Assembly: GCA_963823945.1 (NCBI GenBank)
Contig: CAWGNK010000008.1
Span: forward strand, 30,469-94,468
Length of the DNA: 64,000 nt
Source of the DNA: an uncultured Acidimicrobiaceae bacterium
GTDB taxonomy: Bacteria > Actinomycetota > Acidimicrobiia > Acidimicrobiales > Bog-793
Reading direction: 5' to 3'
Shown: positions 51,111 through 60,849 of the stretch, one piece after another
How the letters are laid out: the number at the start of each line of letters is the position of its first letter
How positions within the stretch are numbered: the first letter of the stretch is position 1
The notes under the pieces: model-generated
What the model saw: only the letters and a program-made list of their open reading frames with translations
Database searches by the model: none
Told to the model about the DNA's origin: nothing
Position numbers and translations under genes: made by a program

Positions 51111-51908
51111 GTGACGGAGCCCGCCCGCCGGGAGGCGGCGAACGCGGCCGGGGCGGGCCCGCCGCCTTTCGCCGAGAGTTGGGACGAGCACGCCGAGTGG
51201 TGGAGGACGACGTTCACCGGGGGAGCCGACCGCGAGTACGAGATCGAGATCATCCCGCTCGTCGTGCGCGAGCTCGGTGGGCACCGTGTCGTCGTCGACA
51301 TCGGCTGTGGCGAGGGCCAGGTCGCCCGGGCCGTCGCCGCCGCGAACGGCTGCCGGGTCGTGGGCGTCGACCCGTCGCAGTTGCAGCTCGCCAATGCGCT
51401 CGAGAAGGCGGACCCGGATCTCGCCATCACCTACGTGCGCGCCGAGGGGGAGCGTCTCCCGTTGGCGACCGGTTCGGTCGAGGCGGCGTTCTGCTGCCTC
51501 GTCATCGAGCACGTCGCCGACGCCGACGCGCTGCTCGCCGAGGCGGCCCGCGTGCTGGCCCCCGGCGGGACGTTCCTCCTCGTCGTCAACCACCCGGTTT
51601 TCCAGGGCCCGGGGAGCGGCTTCGTCGACGACCAGATCCTCGACGAGCGCTACTGGCGGGTCGGTCCCTACCTCGTCGAGCAGTGGGACGTCGAGGAGGT
51701 CGACCCCGACGTGTCGCTCGCCTTCAGCCACCGGCCGCTGTCGCGCTACGTGAACCCGCTCGCCGAGCGCGACCTCGTGCTCGTCCATCTCGAGGAGCCC
51801 TCGCCGCGGATGGAGCTGCTCGCAGACTCGATCGACGCCGAGTTCGAATCCACCATCCCGCGCCTGTGCGCGATGCGCTTCGAGCACCGCCCGCGGGTGT
51901 TCGGGTGA
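51111..51908 (+). CDS. Class I SAM-dependent methyltransferase
   Basis: GTG at 51111 within ORF 50655..51908. Motif I VVDIGCGEGQ and post-I/II blocks (VGVDPS, LVIEHVAD, LAPGGTFLL). Confidence 0.8.
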   Translation: MTEPARREAANAAGAGPPPFAESWDEHAEWWRTTFTGGADREYEIEIIPLVVRELGGHRVVVDIGCGEGQVARAVAAANGCRVVGVDPSQLQLANALEKADPDLAITYVRAEGERLPLATGSVEAAFCCLVIEHVADADALLAEAARVLAPGGTFLLVVNHPVFQGPGSGFVDDQILDERYWRVGPYLVEQWDVEEVDPDVSLAFSHRPLSRYVNPLAERDLVLVHLEEPSPRMELLADSIDAEFESTIPRLCAMRFEHRPRVFG

Positions 51909-51960
51909 ACGGCGCGGTTCCCGGGTCGCGCCTGTCTGGGATGCGAGAATCTGGGGGGAG

Positions 51961-52827
51961 GTGGGGGAGTCCGTGGCCGAGTACCTGATCGTCGCGGGGC
52001 TGTCGGGAGCGGGGCGCTCGACCGCGGCCGCGGTCCTCGAGGACTTCGGTTGGTTCGTGATCGACAACCTGCCGCCCGCCCTCGTCGGCAAGGTCGCCGA
52101 GCTGGCCGCCCTGCCCGGAAACGAGTTCGACCGCTTCTGCTTCGTCGTCGGCCGGGGTGGGCTCGAGTCGGTGGCGGAGATCGTCCCGGCGATCGAGGAC
52201 CTGCGCGCCTCGGGCGCCCGGGTGCGCGTCCTGTTCCTTGACGCTTCCGACGAGGTTCTCGTCCGGCGGTTCTCCGGCACCCGCCGGCGCCACCCCGTCG
52301 AGGCCGAGGGCGTGCTCGAGGCGATCCAGTCCGAACGGCAGCTGCTCGCGCCGATCCTCGGCGACGCCGACGTCGTCATCGACACGAGCGAGACGAACGT
52401 CCACGAGCTGCGGGACCGACTCGTCGAGATGTTCGCCGGGCGGGAGGCGACCGGCGAGATGGAGACCTCGGTCGTCTCGTTCGGGTTCAAGCACGGCCTG
52501 CCTCTGGAGGCGGATCTCGTCTTCGACGCCAGGTTCCTGCCGAACCCGCACTGGATCGACGCGCTGCGCCCCCACAGCGGCCTCGACGAGGACGTGCGCG
52601 ACTACGTGATGTCCTCGCCGGAGGCGGTCGAGTTCCTGGCGCGCATCGGGGACCTCGTCGCGTTCCTGCTGCCTTACTACGCCCGGGAGGGCAAGTCGTA
52701 CGTGTCGGTCGCCATTGGCTGCACCGGCGGGCGGCACCGCTCGGTCGTCCTCGCCGAGGCGCTGGCCGCCAGGCTGCGCGCCCAGGGATTCGCGCTTGAC
52801 GTTCACCACCGCGACCTCAAGCGGTAG
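51961..52827 (+). CDS. rapZ: RNase adapter / nucleotide-binding protein RapZ (YvcJ family)
   Basis: 288 aa. P-loop GLSGAGRST, FVIDNLPP, and C-terminal GCTGGRHRSV. Confidence 0.9.
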   Translation: MGESVAEYLIVAGLSGAGRSTAAAVLEDFGWFVIDNLPPALVGKVAELAALPGNEFDRFCFVVGRGGLESVAEIVPAIEDLRASGARVRVLFLDASDEVLVRRFSGTRRRHPVEAEGVLEAIQSERQLLAPILGDADVVIDTSETNVHELRDRLVEMFAGREATGEMETSVVSFGFKHGLPLEADLVFDARFLPNPHWIDALRPHSGLDEDVRDYVMSSPEAVEFLARIGDLVAFLLPYYAREGKSYVSVAIGCTGGRHRSVVLAEALAARLRAQGFALDVHHRDLKR

Positions 52828-53019
52828 GGCTGCGGCGTCGGGCTGGAACCGGGTCACGGCACTGTCGGCCGGACCGAGGCTCCTGGGTCCTTAGCCTCTT
52901 GACCGTGGCCTGGGTGACGGCGATCCTAGGGGCGGCCCGGGGTCGCCCAGGCCGACACGGACACATCGGACACGTCCCGGTGGCGCGCCAGCGGGAGTCT
53001 TGGAAGCGGGAGTCGTGAC

Positions 53020-54036
53020 ATGACGGTACGGGTCGGGATCAACGGGTTCGGGCGGATCGGGCGGAACTTCCTGCGCGCGGCCCGCGAGTCGGCTGCGGAC
53101 ATCGAGATCGTCGCGGTGAACGACCTCCTCAGTCCGGAGATCAACGCCCACCTGCTCCACTACGACTCCACCTACCGGCGCTACCCGGGCTCGGTCGAGG
53201 TGAAGGGCTCCGACCTGGTCGTCGACGGGCACGTGATCAAGGTTCTCGCCGAGCGCGATCCCTCGGCGCTGCGCTGGGGTGAGATGGGCGTCTCGGTCGT
53301 CGTCGAGTCGACCGGCCGGTTCACCAAGCGCGAGGCCGCCGCGGCCCACCTCGCCGGCGGCGCCAAGCGGGTCGTCATCTCGGCACCCTCGGGCGACGCC
53401 GACGCGACCTTCGTCATCGGCGTCAACGAGGGCGACTTCGACCCCGCCAAGGACTTCGTCATCTCGAACGCCTCGTGCACGACGAACTGCTTCGTGCCGA
53501 TGATGAAGGTGCTCGACGACTCCTTCGGTGTGGAAAAGGGCCTCATGACGACCGTCCACGCCTACACGAACGACCAGGAGCTGCTGGACTTCGCCCGGGA
53601 CAACCTGCGGCGCGCCCGGGCCGCGGCCGTGAACATCGTGCCGACCTCCACCGGGGCGGCACGGGCGACGAGCCTCGTGATGGCGAACATGAAGGGCCGT
53701 CTCGATGGCTCGGCGCTGCGCGTGCCGATCCCGGTGGGGTCGATCACCGACTTCACGGGGATCCTCAACGCCGCCGTCGACGCCAAGGCGATCAACGCGG
53801 CGTTCGCGGCCGCGGCGGCCTCCGGACCGCTTTCCAAGGTTCTCGTCTACACCGAGGACCCGATCGTCTCCTCGGACATCGTCGGCTCGCCCGCCTCGTG
53901 CACCTTCGACTCGGCCCTCACGATGACGCTGCCGCTCGACGGGGACAAGACGCTCGCGAAGGTCTTCGGCTGGTACGACAACGAGTGGGGCTACTCGCAC
54001 CGGCTCGTCGAGCTCGTCGAGCTCGTCGGCAAGTGA
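53020..54036 (+). CDS. gap: Glyceraldehyde-3-phosphate dehydrogenase (type I)
   Basis: MTVRVGINGFGRIGR, catalytic SNASCTTNC, C-terminal WYDNEWGYS. Confidence 0.96.
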   Translation: MTVRVGINGFGRIGRNFLRAARESAADIEIVAVNDLLSPEINAHLLHYDSTYRRYPGSVEVKGSDLVVDGHVIKVLAERDPSALRWGEMGVSVVVESTGRFTKREAAAAHLAGGAKRVVISAPSGDADATFVIGVNEGDFDPAKDFVISNASCTTNCFVPMMKVLDDSFGVEKGLMTTVHAYTNDQELLDFARDNLRRARAAAVNIVPTSTGAARATSLVMANMKGRLDGSALRVPIPVGSITDFTGILNAAVDAKAINAAFAAAAASGPLSKVLVYTEDPIVSSDIVGSPASCTFDSALTMTLPLDGDKTLAKVFGWYDNEWGYSHRLVELVELVGK

Positions 54037-55199
54037 TCGGCCGCGTACCCGTCCTCGAGGACTTGCCCCCGGTCGGGGGCAAGTCCGTTCTCGTGCGGGT
54101 CGATTTCAACGTGCCGATCGGCGAGGTGGACGGCAGGCGCGTCGTCACCGACGACTTCCGGATGCGCCAGGCGATCCCGACGTTGCGCTGGCTCCTCGAC
54201 CACGGCGCCTCGGTCACCTGCGCGACCCACCTCGGCCGGCCCAAGGGCAAACCGGACCCCCGCTACGACGTTGCTCCCGTCCGCGAGCACCTCGCCGAGC
54301 TCGTGCCCGGCGTGGAGCTGCTGGAGAACCTGCGCTTCAACCCGGGCGAGGAGGCGAACGACCCGGCCTTCGTCGACACACTCGTCGCCGGCCACGACTG
54401 CTACGTGAACGACGCCTTCGGGTCCTCGCACCGGGCGCACGCCTCGATCGTCGGGCCACCGCAGCACCTGCCCTCGGCGGCGGGCCGGCTGCTCGCCCGG
54501 GAGGTCGAGGTGATCGGCGGCCTGCTCGACGAGCCCCGGCACCCCTTCGTCGCCATCATCGGCGGCGCCAAGGTGGCCGACAAGCTCGGCGTGCTCGTGT
54601 CCCTCGTCGCCCGGGCGGACACCGTGCTCATCGGCGGCGGGATGTCGTACACCTTCCTCGCCGCCCGGGGACGGGGGATCGGCTCGTCGATCTTCGACGC
54701 GCCCCACGTCGACGCCTGCCGGGGGCTGCTCGACTCGACGAACAAGATCATGTTGCCCTCCGACGTCGTCGTGATCGGGCCCGGCGGCACGCTCCACCCC
54801 GGGGCGGAGTCCGTCCCCGAGGGCGACCCGATCGACATGCTGACGGGCGACTTCCCCGAGGGCTGGGAGGGCGTCGACATCGGGCCCGCGACCCGCCAGC
54901 GCTTCGCCGAGGTGATCGCCGGCGCGGGGACGGTCTTCTGGAACGGCCCGCTGGGCTTTTTCGAGGATCCGCGCTTCGCGGCCGGGACCCGCGCCGTCGC
55001 CGAAGCGGTGGCCGCCTGCCCCGGGTTCACCGTCGTCGGCGGGGGCGACTCGGCCGCGGCGATCGACGAGTTCGGGCTCGCCGGGTCGATCGGCTTCGTC
55101 TCGACCGGCGGGGGGGCCTCGCTCGAGCTCATCGAGCTCGGCGACCTGCCCGGGCTGGCGGCGCTACGCGGTGCCTCGAACGCCCCGCAGGGGGCCTGA
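54033..55199 (+). CDS. pgk: Phosphoglycerate kinase
   Basis: GTG at 54033 overlaps the gap stop (GTGA). Contains VRVDFNVP, IIGGAKVADK, FWNGPLGFFE and STGGGASLE. Confidence 0.95.
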   Translation: MIGRVPVLEDLPPVGGKSVLVRVDFNVPIGEVDGRRVVTDDFRMRQAIPTLRWLLDHGASVTCATHLGRPKGKPDPRYDVAPVREHLAELVPGVELLENLRFNPGEEANDPAFVDTLVAGHDCYVNDAFGSSHRAHASIVGPPQHLPSAAGRLLAREVEVIGGLLDEPRHPFVAIIGGAKVADKLGVLVSLVARADTVLIGGGMSYTFLAARGRGIGSSIFDAPHVDACRGLLDSTNKIMLPSDVVVIGPGGTLHPGAESVPEGDPIDMLTGDFPEGWEGVDIGPATRQRFAEVIAGAGTVFWNGPLGFFEDPRFAAGTRAVAEAVAACPGFTVVGGGDSAAAIDEFGLAGSIGFVSTGGGASLELIELGDLPGLAALRGASNAPQGA

Positions 55200-55204
55200 T
55201 CCCG

Positions 55205-55981
55205 GTGCTGGCCGAACGTGGCGTCCTCGTCAGCGGCAACTGGAAGATGAACGAGAATCACTTCGAGGCGCTGAAGCTCGTCCAGGAGCTCGGCGCGCTG
55301 CTCCTGGCGGGCACGATCCCGCCCGGGCGCGAGGTGAGCCTCCACCCGCCGTTCACCTCGCTGCGCACCGTGCAGACCGCCGTCGAGTCCGACCACATCC
55401 CCGTGGCGCTCGGCGCCCAGAACTGCCATTTCGAGGACCGCGGCGCCTACACCGGCGAGGTCTCGGCCGAGATGCTCGCCAAGCTGAACGTCCGTTACGT
55501 GATCACCGGGCACTCCGAGCGGCGCCAGTACTTCGCTGAGTCCGACGAGGTGGTCGCGCGGAAGATCGATGCCATCCTGCGCCACGGGATGGTGCCGATC
55601 GTCTGCGTCGGCGAGACGCTCGCCGAAAGGGAGGCGGGCGGCGCCGAGACCAAGGTGCGGGGCCAGGTGCGGGCCGCCCTCGAGGGTCGCCCGACCGAGG
55701 TCGTCGCCTCGCTCGTGCTCGCCTACGAGCCGATCTGGGCGATCGGCACGGGCCGGACGGCCACTCCGGCCGACGCCCAGGAGATGTGCGCCGCCATCCG
55801 CTCGGAGGTCGGGGACTTCGCCCCCTCGGCGGCGACGGCGATCCGCATCCAGTACGGGGGCTCGGTGACGCCGGAGAGCGCCGACGAGCTGCTCGCCGGC
55901 GAGGACGTCGACGGCTTCTTAGTCGGGGGAGCGAGCCTCGACGCCCAGCGGTTCGTCTCGATCGTGCGCGCCCGGGCGTAG
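55205..55981 (+). CDS. tpiA: Triose-phosphate isomerase
   Basis: GNWKMN, GHSERR, AYEPIWAIGTG, QYGGSV. Confidence 0.95.
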   Translation: MLAERGVLVSGNWKMNENHFEALKLVQELGALLLAGTIPPGREVSLHPPFTSLRTVQTAVESDHIPVALGAQNCHFEDRGAYTGEVSAEMLAKLNVRYVITGHSERRQYFAESDEVVARKIDAILRHGMVPIVCVGETLAEREAGGAETKVRGQVRAALEGRPTEVVASLVLAYEPIWAIGTGRTATPADAQEMCAAIRSEVGDFAPSAATAIRIQYGGSVTPESADELLAGEDVDGFLVGGASLDAQRFVSIVRARA

Positions 55982-56065
55982 CTGCGGGCCAGGCCAACGG
56001 CGGTGAACTGCTAGTCTTCGCCTTCGTTCGGGGCGCGCCCGACGTGCCCAAGGAGGTCCTCGCAC

Positions 56066-56296
56066 GTGCTCACCGACATCCTGGTCGGGGTCGAGACCGC
56101 CGCCTCGTTCGCGCTCGTGCTGCTGATCCTGTTGCACTCGGGCCGCGGCGGGGGACTGTCGGACATGTTCGGCTCCACGGTCGGCACGGCGGCGGCGGGC
56201 TCCACGGTCGCCGAGAAGAACCTCGACCGCCTGACCATCACCGTCGCCGTCATCTTCGCCCTCGTGACGGTCATCGTCGGCATTCGGTGGGGCTGA
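56066..56296 (+). CDS. secG: Preprotein translocase subunit SecG
   Basis: 76 aa with two TM helices flanking a Gly-rich loop (LLHSGRGGGLSDMFG). Canonical position after tpiA. Confidence 0.9.
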   Translation: MLTDILVGVETAASFALVLLILLHSGRGGGLSDMFGSTVGTAAAGSTVAEKNLDRLTITVAVIFALVTVIVGIRWG

Positions 56297-58104
56297 GAAG
56301 GAACGCAGCCGCCGCGCTCGGCGCCCTGGTCCTCTCGGGGATCCTCGGCGCGACCATCTCTGGGGCCTCGCCGACCTCGACGACGCTCGCCGGCCAGGGG
56401 GGCATCAGGATCCTCAACGGGGGCACGGTCACCGTCGCCGTGCCGCACCTCCCGCGCCAGTTCAACCCGCTGACGCCGGGCGGCTCGAACGCCGTCACCC
56501 AGATGGTGATGGAACAGGTCCTGCCCCAGGTCTTCGTCACCGGCCCCGACATGGAGGTCCGCGCCTCGCTCGGGCTCGTCGTCTCGGCCGAGGTCACCGG
56601 GCTGAAGCCCCAGACCGTCGTCTACACCCTCGCCAAGGGGGCGCGCTGGTCCGACGGGGTGCCGATCACGGCGGCCGACTTCGCCTACGACTGGAAAAGG
56701 CTGCTGACGATCGGCGCGAGCCTCCCGGCGACGTTCCCGCTCGCGGGGTACCGGGACATCGTCTCGGTCACAGGTTCGAGGAGCGCCAAGCTCGGCACGA
56801 CGGTCACGGTCGTCTTCGCCAGGCCCTACGCCGACTGGATGGCGCTCTTCGCCGACCTCGTGCCCGCCCACATTGCCAGCCGCTGGGGCTGGGCGGAGGC
56901 GTTTTCCGGGACGGAGCCGTCGCACCTCGTCTCGGGGGGCCCGTTCGAGATCACGAGAATCGTCCCCGGCCGAGAGCTCGTGCTCTCGCGCAACCCCTCC
57001 TACTGGGGGCGGCCCGCCCGCCTGGCCCACATCGTGCTCAAGGTGACGAGGTCCGCCGCCGCGACGCTGCGGGGCCTGCGTGAGGGGTCGCTCGACCTCG
57101 CCGAGCTCGCCCCCGGGGCGGGCGCCGATGGCGTCGTGGCCGGGAGCCGCGAGCTCGAACAGACGGTCTCGGACTCGGCCACGCTCTGGCAGCTCGCTTT
57201 CAACCTGGCCGATCCGGTCACCGGCCAGCTCATTGTGCGCCAGGCGATCGCCGCGGCGATCAACCGTCCCGAGGTCGTCGCCGATTCGATCGGCCTGTTG
57301 GTCCCCGACGCGACGACCGCCGCCAACCGCCTCTACGCCGCGCACCAGCCGGGAGGGCGGTCCGACGACGGCGCCTACCTCACGCCGGACGACACCGAGG
57401 CGGTCCAGCTCCTCGCCACGGCCGGCTACCCGCTCAACGCGAAGGGCATCGCCACCTCAGCGTCAGGAACGCCGCTCGTGCTCACGCTGACCGGGCCGAA
57501 GGGGAATGCGATGATCGTCGCCGCCGAAGCCGAGATCCAGGCGCAACTGCTGCAGGTCGGCATCGAGCTGCAGATCCGCAACGTCGCCCGATCGGTCCTG
57601 CTCTCGACGGATCTGCCACAGGGCCGCTACCAGCTGGCTCTCGCGCCCTATCTGGAATCCCCGTTCCCCTCGACGACGGCCCGCCTCTACACCGAACCGG
57701 TCGGGCCGACGCCGAATCCGGGCGGGGGGACAAGCCCGACGATCCCGCCAAGAAGTGGCGTCCTCGCCGCCTCGGAGAGGGAACCGAGCGCGGCGAACGC
57801 GGGTGCGGTGACCCGTGACGTCCTCGGCTACGACGACGCCGTCGTGGACCGCTTCTTCGCCGAGGCGCGCTCGGAACTGAACGCCGAGACCGACACGAAC
57901 CTTTACAACCAGATCGACACGCTGCTCTGGCAGGACCTGCCGACGTTGCCTCTCTTCCAGGCGCCGACGGCGCTGGTGCGACAGGCCAGGATCGTGAACG
58001 TCGCCGACACGCCGACGCCGGCCGGGCCGATGTGGAACGCGCAGGACTGGGCGATCCAGGTGAGCCCGCCGCCGACGACGTCGACGACGGCCCCGAGGGG
58101 CTGA
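56287..58104 (+). CDS. ABC transporter substrate-binding protein, family 5 (peptide/nickel type), orphan
   Basis: GTG at 56287 within ORF 55786..58104. Signal AAAALGALVLSGILGATISGA. Blocks YTLAKGARWSDGVPITAADFAYDW and GGPFEITRIVPGRELVLSRNPSYWG. No permease or ATPase genes are adjacent. Confidence 0.8.
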   Translation: MGLRRNAAAALGALVLSGILGATISGASPTSTTLAGQGGIRILNGGTVTVAVPHLPRQFNPLTPGGSNAVTQMVMEQVLPQVFVTGPDMEVRASLGLVVSAEVTGLKPQTVVYTLAKGARWSDGVPITAADFAYDWKRLLTIGASLPATFPLAGYRDIVSVTGSRSAKLGTTVTVVFARPYADWMALFADLVPAHIASRWGWAEAFSGTEPSHLVSGGPFEITRIVPGRELVLSRNPSYWGRPARLAHIVLKVTRSAAATLRGLREGSLDLAELAPGAGADGVVAGSRELEQTVSDSATLWQLAFNLADPVTGQLIVRQAIAAAINRPEVVADSIGLLVPDATTAANRLYAAHQPGGRSDDGAYLTPDDTEAVQLLATAGYPLNAKGIATSASGTPLVLTLTGPKGNAMIVAAEAEIQAQLLQVGIELQIRNVARSVLLSTDLPQGRYQLALAPYLESPFPSTTARLYTEPVGPTPNPGGGTSPTIPPRSGVLAASEREPSAANAGAVTRDVLGYDDAVVDRFFAEARSELNAETDTNLYNQIDTLLWQDLPTLPLFQAPTALVRQARIVNVADTPTPAGPMWNAQDWAIQVSPPPTTSTTAPRG

Positions 58105-58146
58105 CAGGCGTCTCCGCTGCCCGCGCGGTTGCGAACTGTGGCGGAG

Positions 58147-58176
58147 GCGCGATCGGGGTCGCGCTAGTCTTTCGTG
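58147..58176 (+). terminator. Candidate stem-loop terminator after the SBP gene
   Basis: GCGCGA-TCGGGG-TCGCGC hairpin (58147-58164) followed by TAGTCTTTCGTG. Sequence reading only. Confidence 0.3.
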
Positions 58177-58201
58177 CCTGGTGGGGACGCATCCCCGCCG
58201 A

Positions 58202-58288
58202 GTCGGAGTGGCGGAATAGGCAGACGCGCCAGCTTGAGGGGCTGGTGCCCGCAAGGGCGTAGGGGTTCAAGTCCCCTCTCCGACACCA
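58202..58288 (+). tRNA. tRNA-Leu (anticodon GAG), CCA encoded
   Basis: Hand fold: acceptor GTCGGAG/CTCCGAC, anticodon stem CCAGC/GCTGG with loop TTGAGGG, variable arm TGCCCGCAAGGGCGT, T-arm AGGGG-TTCAAGT-CCCCT, then ACCA. Confidence 0.9.
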
Positions 58289-58423
58289 ATAGAATCCCTA
58301 GTCAGTGGCCAATTCCTGGCAGTTGCCCCCGCCCGACAGTGCTTCCCACTAGTGTCCTGGACACGAATTGGACACGAAGCGTCGGTAGGTTGATCGAAAC
58401 CGACGTGATGGAGCATCCAGCCG

Positions 58424-59563
58424 ATGGCTCAGAACGTGGGGAGACGCGGGGGCACGTGGTTCTACCGGTTGGACTTGCCGCCGGGACCGGACGGGCGCCG
58501 TCACCAGAAGCGAGTCAGCGGGTTCCGCACTGAGCGAGAGGCGAGAAACGCTTTAGCGAACGCATCGGTAGCGAAAGCCGAAGGTCGCTTGCGCCACACG
58601 CAGGCGAAGACATTTGGCGACCTCGCCTCCGAGTGGCTGGTTGCCGTCGGGCCGAACCGCAAGCTGACGACGATGTCCAATTATCGGTTCATCGTCGATA
58701 CGTACCTGACACCGCGCATCGGAACGGTTCGTCTCGATCGCTTGAGCGCGCTGCTCATCCAGCAACTGTATGTGGACCTTCGCTCCGGTGGTCGCCGGGA
58801 TGGGCGGTCGTTGTCTGGAACTCAAGTAGGCAACATCCATCGTGTGTTGCACAACGTGCTCAGCTATGCGCAGCACATGGGGTATCTCATCATGAACCCG
58901 GCGGATCGCGTCGAGCGGCCCCGGGATGACACAGAAAAGCGCCCTGTGTACACGCCTGAGCAGGTCAGGGTGTTGCTGGAGACAGCCAAGGCGGATCGTC
59001 TACATGCCCTTTGGTACTTGGCTATCTCGACGGGGTTGCGCCGATCAGAACTCGCCGGCTTGAAGTGGGAGGACATCGATTCAAAAAGCTCCCAACCAGT
59101 GTTGATGGTCAGGCGCACTCGAACGATGGCTGACAACCGAGTCGTCGATTCGACCCCGAAGACCCGAGCTGGTCGGCGCACGATCGTGCTCGATCAGGGG
59201 ACGGTCACCCTCTTGGTTGAACATCGTGAGTTGATGGTTTCTGAGGCAGAAGCGCGTGGCGACGCGCGCGCCCCCGATCACGTGTTCGTCGACGAGCTGG
59301 GCGAGCCCTACATACCCATACGGCTGACACGTTTGCTTCATGGTCTGCAGCGCCGAGCCGACCTGCCTCAGTTGACGCTTCATGACATGAGACACACGTC
59401 AGCGACCGTCGCGCTTCTCGCGGGCGTGCATCCGAAGGTGGTGTCTGAAAGACATGGCCACGCTTCGACTCAGATCACGCTGGACCGCTACAGCCACGTC
59501 ATCGAATCGATGCAAGTTGCGGCAGCGCAATCGATTGACCGGTTCCTTAGTTCGGATCGTTAG
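58424..59563 (+). CDS. Tyrosine-type site-specific integrase
   Basis: 379 aa. N-terminal arm-binding-like GTWFYRLDLP...RKRVSGFRTEREA. Catalytic residues in TGLRRSELAGLKWEDI (Arg), LHDMRHTSAT (HxxR) and HASTQITLDRYSHV (His, Tyr). Confidence 0.92.
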   Translation: MAQNVGRRGGTWFYRLDLPPGPDGRRHQKRVSGFRTEREARNALANASVAKAEGRLRHTQAKTFGDLASEWLVAVGPNRKLTTMSNYRFIVDTYLTPRIGTVRLDRLSALLIQQLYVDLRSGGRRDGRSLSGTQVGNIHRVLHNVLSYAQHMGYLIMNPADRVERPRDDTEKRPVYTPEQVRVLLETAKADRLHALWYLAISTGLRRSELAGLKWEDIDSKSSQPVLMVRRTRTMADNRVVDSTPKTRAGRRTIVLDQGTVTLLVEHRELMVSEAEARGDARAPDHVFVDELGEPYIPIRLTRLLHGLQRRADLPQLTLHDMRHTSATVALLAGVHPKVVSERHGHASTQITLDRYSHVIESMQVAAAQSIDRFLSSDR

Positions 59564-60849
59564 TCTCGCGGCTGAGGTTCCCTGCCTGTAGCCGTTCTAA
59601 ACCCGTCTGACGTTGACAGCTCGGTCACGAGGCGATCGATCCAGGCGCGGTTGTACAGGTGGCGCTTTACAGATGTCACGTACTCGCAGTAACGGGGATC
59701 GGTAGCGGTCTCCTCGGCTGCGCCCTTGGTTGCGCGAGCCTTCAAGTTCCGAGAGGCGACAGTATGCATGCTGATGTTGAACTTGTAGGGGATCTGGTCC
59801 CTCACGGCGTTGACAACCTGGGTAGCAATGAGATTGGGGCGCGGCGGGCTGATCACCTTTGGCAGAACGAGATACTCCTTGAGAGCGAGTCCGAGTTCCT
59901 CGGACACCTCTCCCGGCTTGACGAAGTAAGCGACAACGTCTGGGTTCCGTCCTGACGACGGCACCGTAGGGAGAAACGTGACTCTGAGCATGTAGGTCGG
60001 GTCGTCGACGAGGTGCTCATTGGCTTGCGCTTGCTCGGCGAGGAAGGTCTGTACGTCGAAAGGGAGGCCAGCTTGGAGCTTCTTGACGCTGGCCAGGACA
60101 CCAGGGTCACGGAATCCACTGAGCTGGAGAGGGACGGAAAGGAATTCGCCCAACAGGTAGTCGGCGCCAAAGGACTCTTCGAGAACGGCTTCGAGGTTGA
60201 GCAGGCCCGCTTGTGCCTGCGGGATGACCACCGCGTCGAGCGCGGGTAAGTGTCGATGAGCAACCTGGTTGCGAAGGCTGATCCAGAACTCGACATTTCG
60301 ACGCAGCCCCAGGTACCTATCCCCGGGCAACGCGGAGGCGACGAGCTCACCGGTCTCTTGGGCCTTCTCACGCCCGTCGATGAGTTTCGGTTGTCCCTCA
60401 TCGTCGAGCTCCCGCCACTCGCGGCCAGCCCGTTGCAGGAGAGCAAGAGCGATGCTGTTCCATGCAATGACCAAGAGCACGGCGAAATTCTGGGTGCGAA
60501 ATGAGCCGGTTGGGTCGTTCCAGGCACGTAGACCAGATAGGGCTGCGTGTCGGCCGTGATGCACCTGAGACTCCCACTCCTCGAGTTCCGATCCTTCCGG
60601 GGCTACACCGAGACGACGAAGCTGACTCTCTAGTACTTCGATGCGGTCGGTCTGTTTGGAAGGGTGAGTCGTTGCCACGCCGAGGATCTGGCGGACGAAC
60701 CGGTCGAAGTGGCGCCCGTGTGCTCCGCCGTCGTTCCAGACGCGGCGTTCGAGGTCGCTCTTCGATGCTCCTCTGCCTTCGTCCCATTCGGCCAGTAGCT
60801 CCTCGGCGAGGGCGATGTCCTCGGCTGAGGGTTCGGTCCCATCGGCCAT
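59560..60849 (-). CDS. Orphan protein with HEPN-type Rx4H motif (RNQVAH); candidate RNase effector
   Basis: ORF 59560..60858. The ATG at 60849 follows AGGTGG; the alternative is GTG at 60858. CGC AAC CAG GTT GCT CAT (R-N-Q-V-A-H) lies at 60273..60256 in a helical context (FWISLRNQVAHRHLPALD). The preceding NDPTGSFRTQNFAVLLVIAWNSIALALL block resembles DUF3644-type proteins (from memory, unverified). Confidence 0.65.
   Translation of the reverse strand: MADGTEPSAEDIALAEELLAEWDEGRGASKSDLERRVWNDGGAHGRHFDRFVRQILGVATTHPSKQTDRIEVLESQLRRLGVAPEGSELEEWESQVHHGRHAALSGLRAWNDPTGSFRTQNFAVLLVIAWNSIALALLQRAGREWRELDDEGQPKLIDGREKAQETGELVASALPGDRYLGLRRNVEFWISLRNQVAHRHLPALDAVVIPQAQAGLLNLEAVLEESFGADYLLGEFLSVPLQLSGFRDPGVLASVKKLQAGLPFDVQTFLAEQAQANEHLVDDPTYMLRVTFLPTVPSSGRNPDVVAYFVKPGEVSEELGLALKEYLVLPKVISPPRPNLIATQVVNAVRDQIPYKFNISMHTVASRNLKARATKGAAEETATDPRYCEYVTSVKRHLYNRAWIDRLVTELSTSDGFRTATGREPQPRD

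Noticed and set aside
49202-51430. 742-aa minus-strand ORF opposite uvrC and the methyltransferase
   Set aside because: The same shadow-ORF signature. The plus strand carries GIY-YIG/UVR motifs and a SAM-binding motif.
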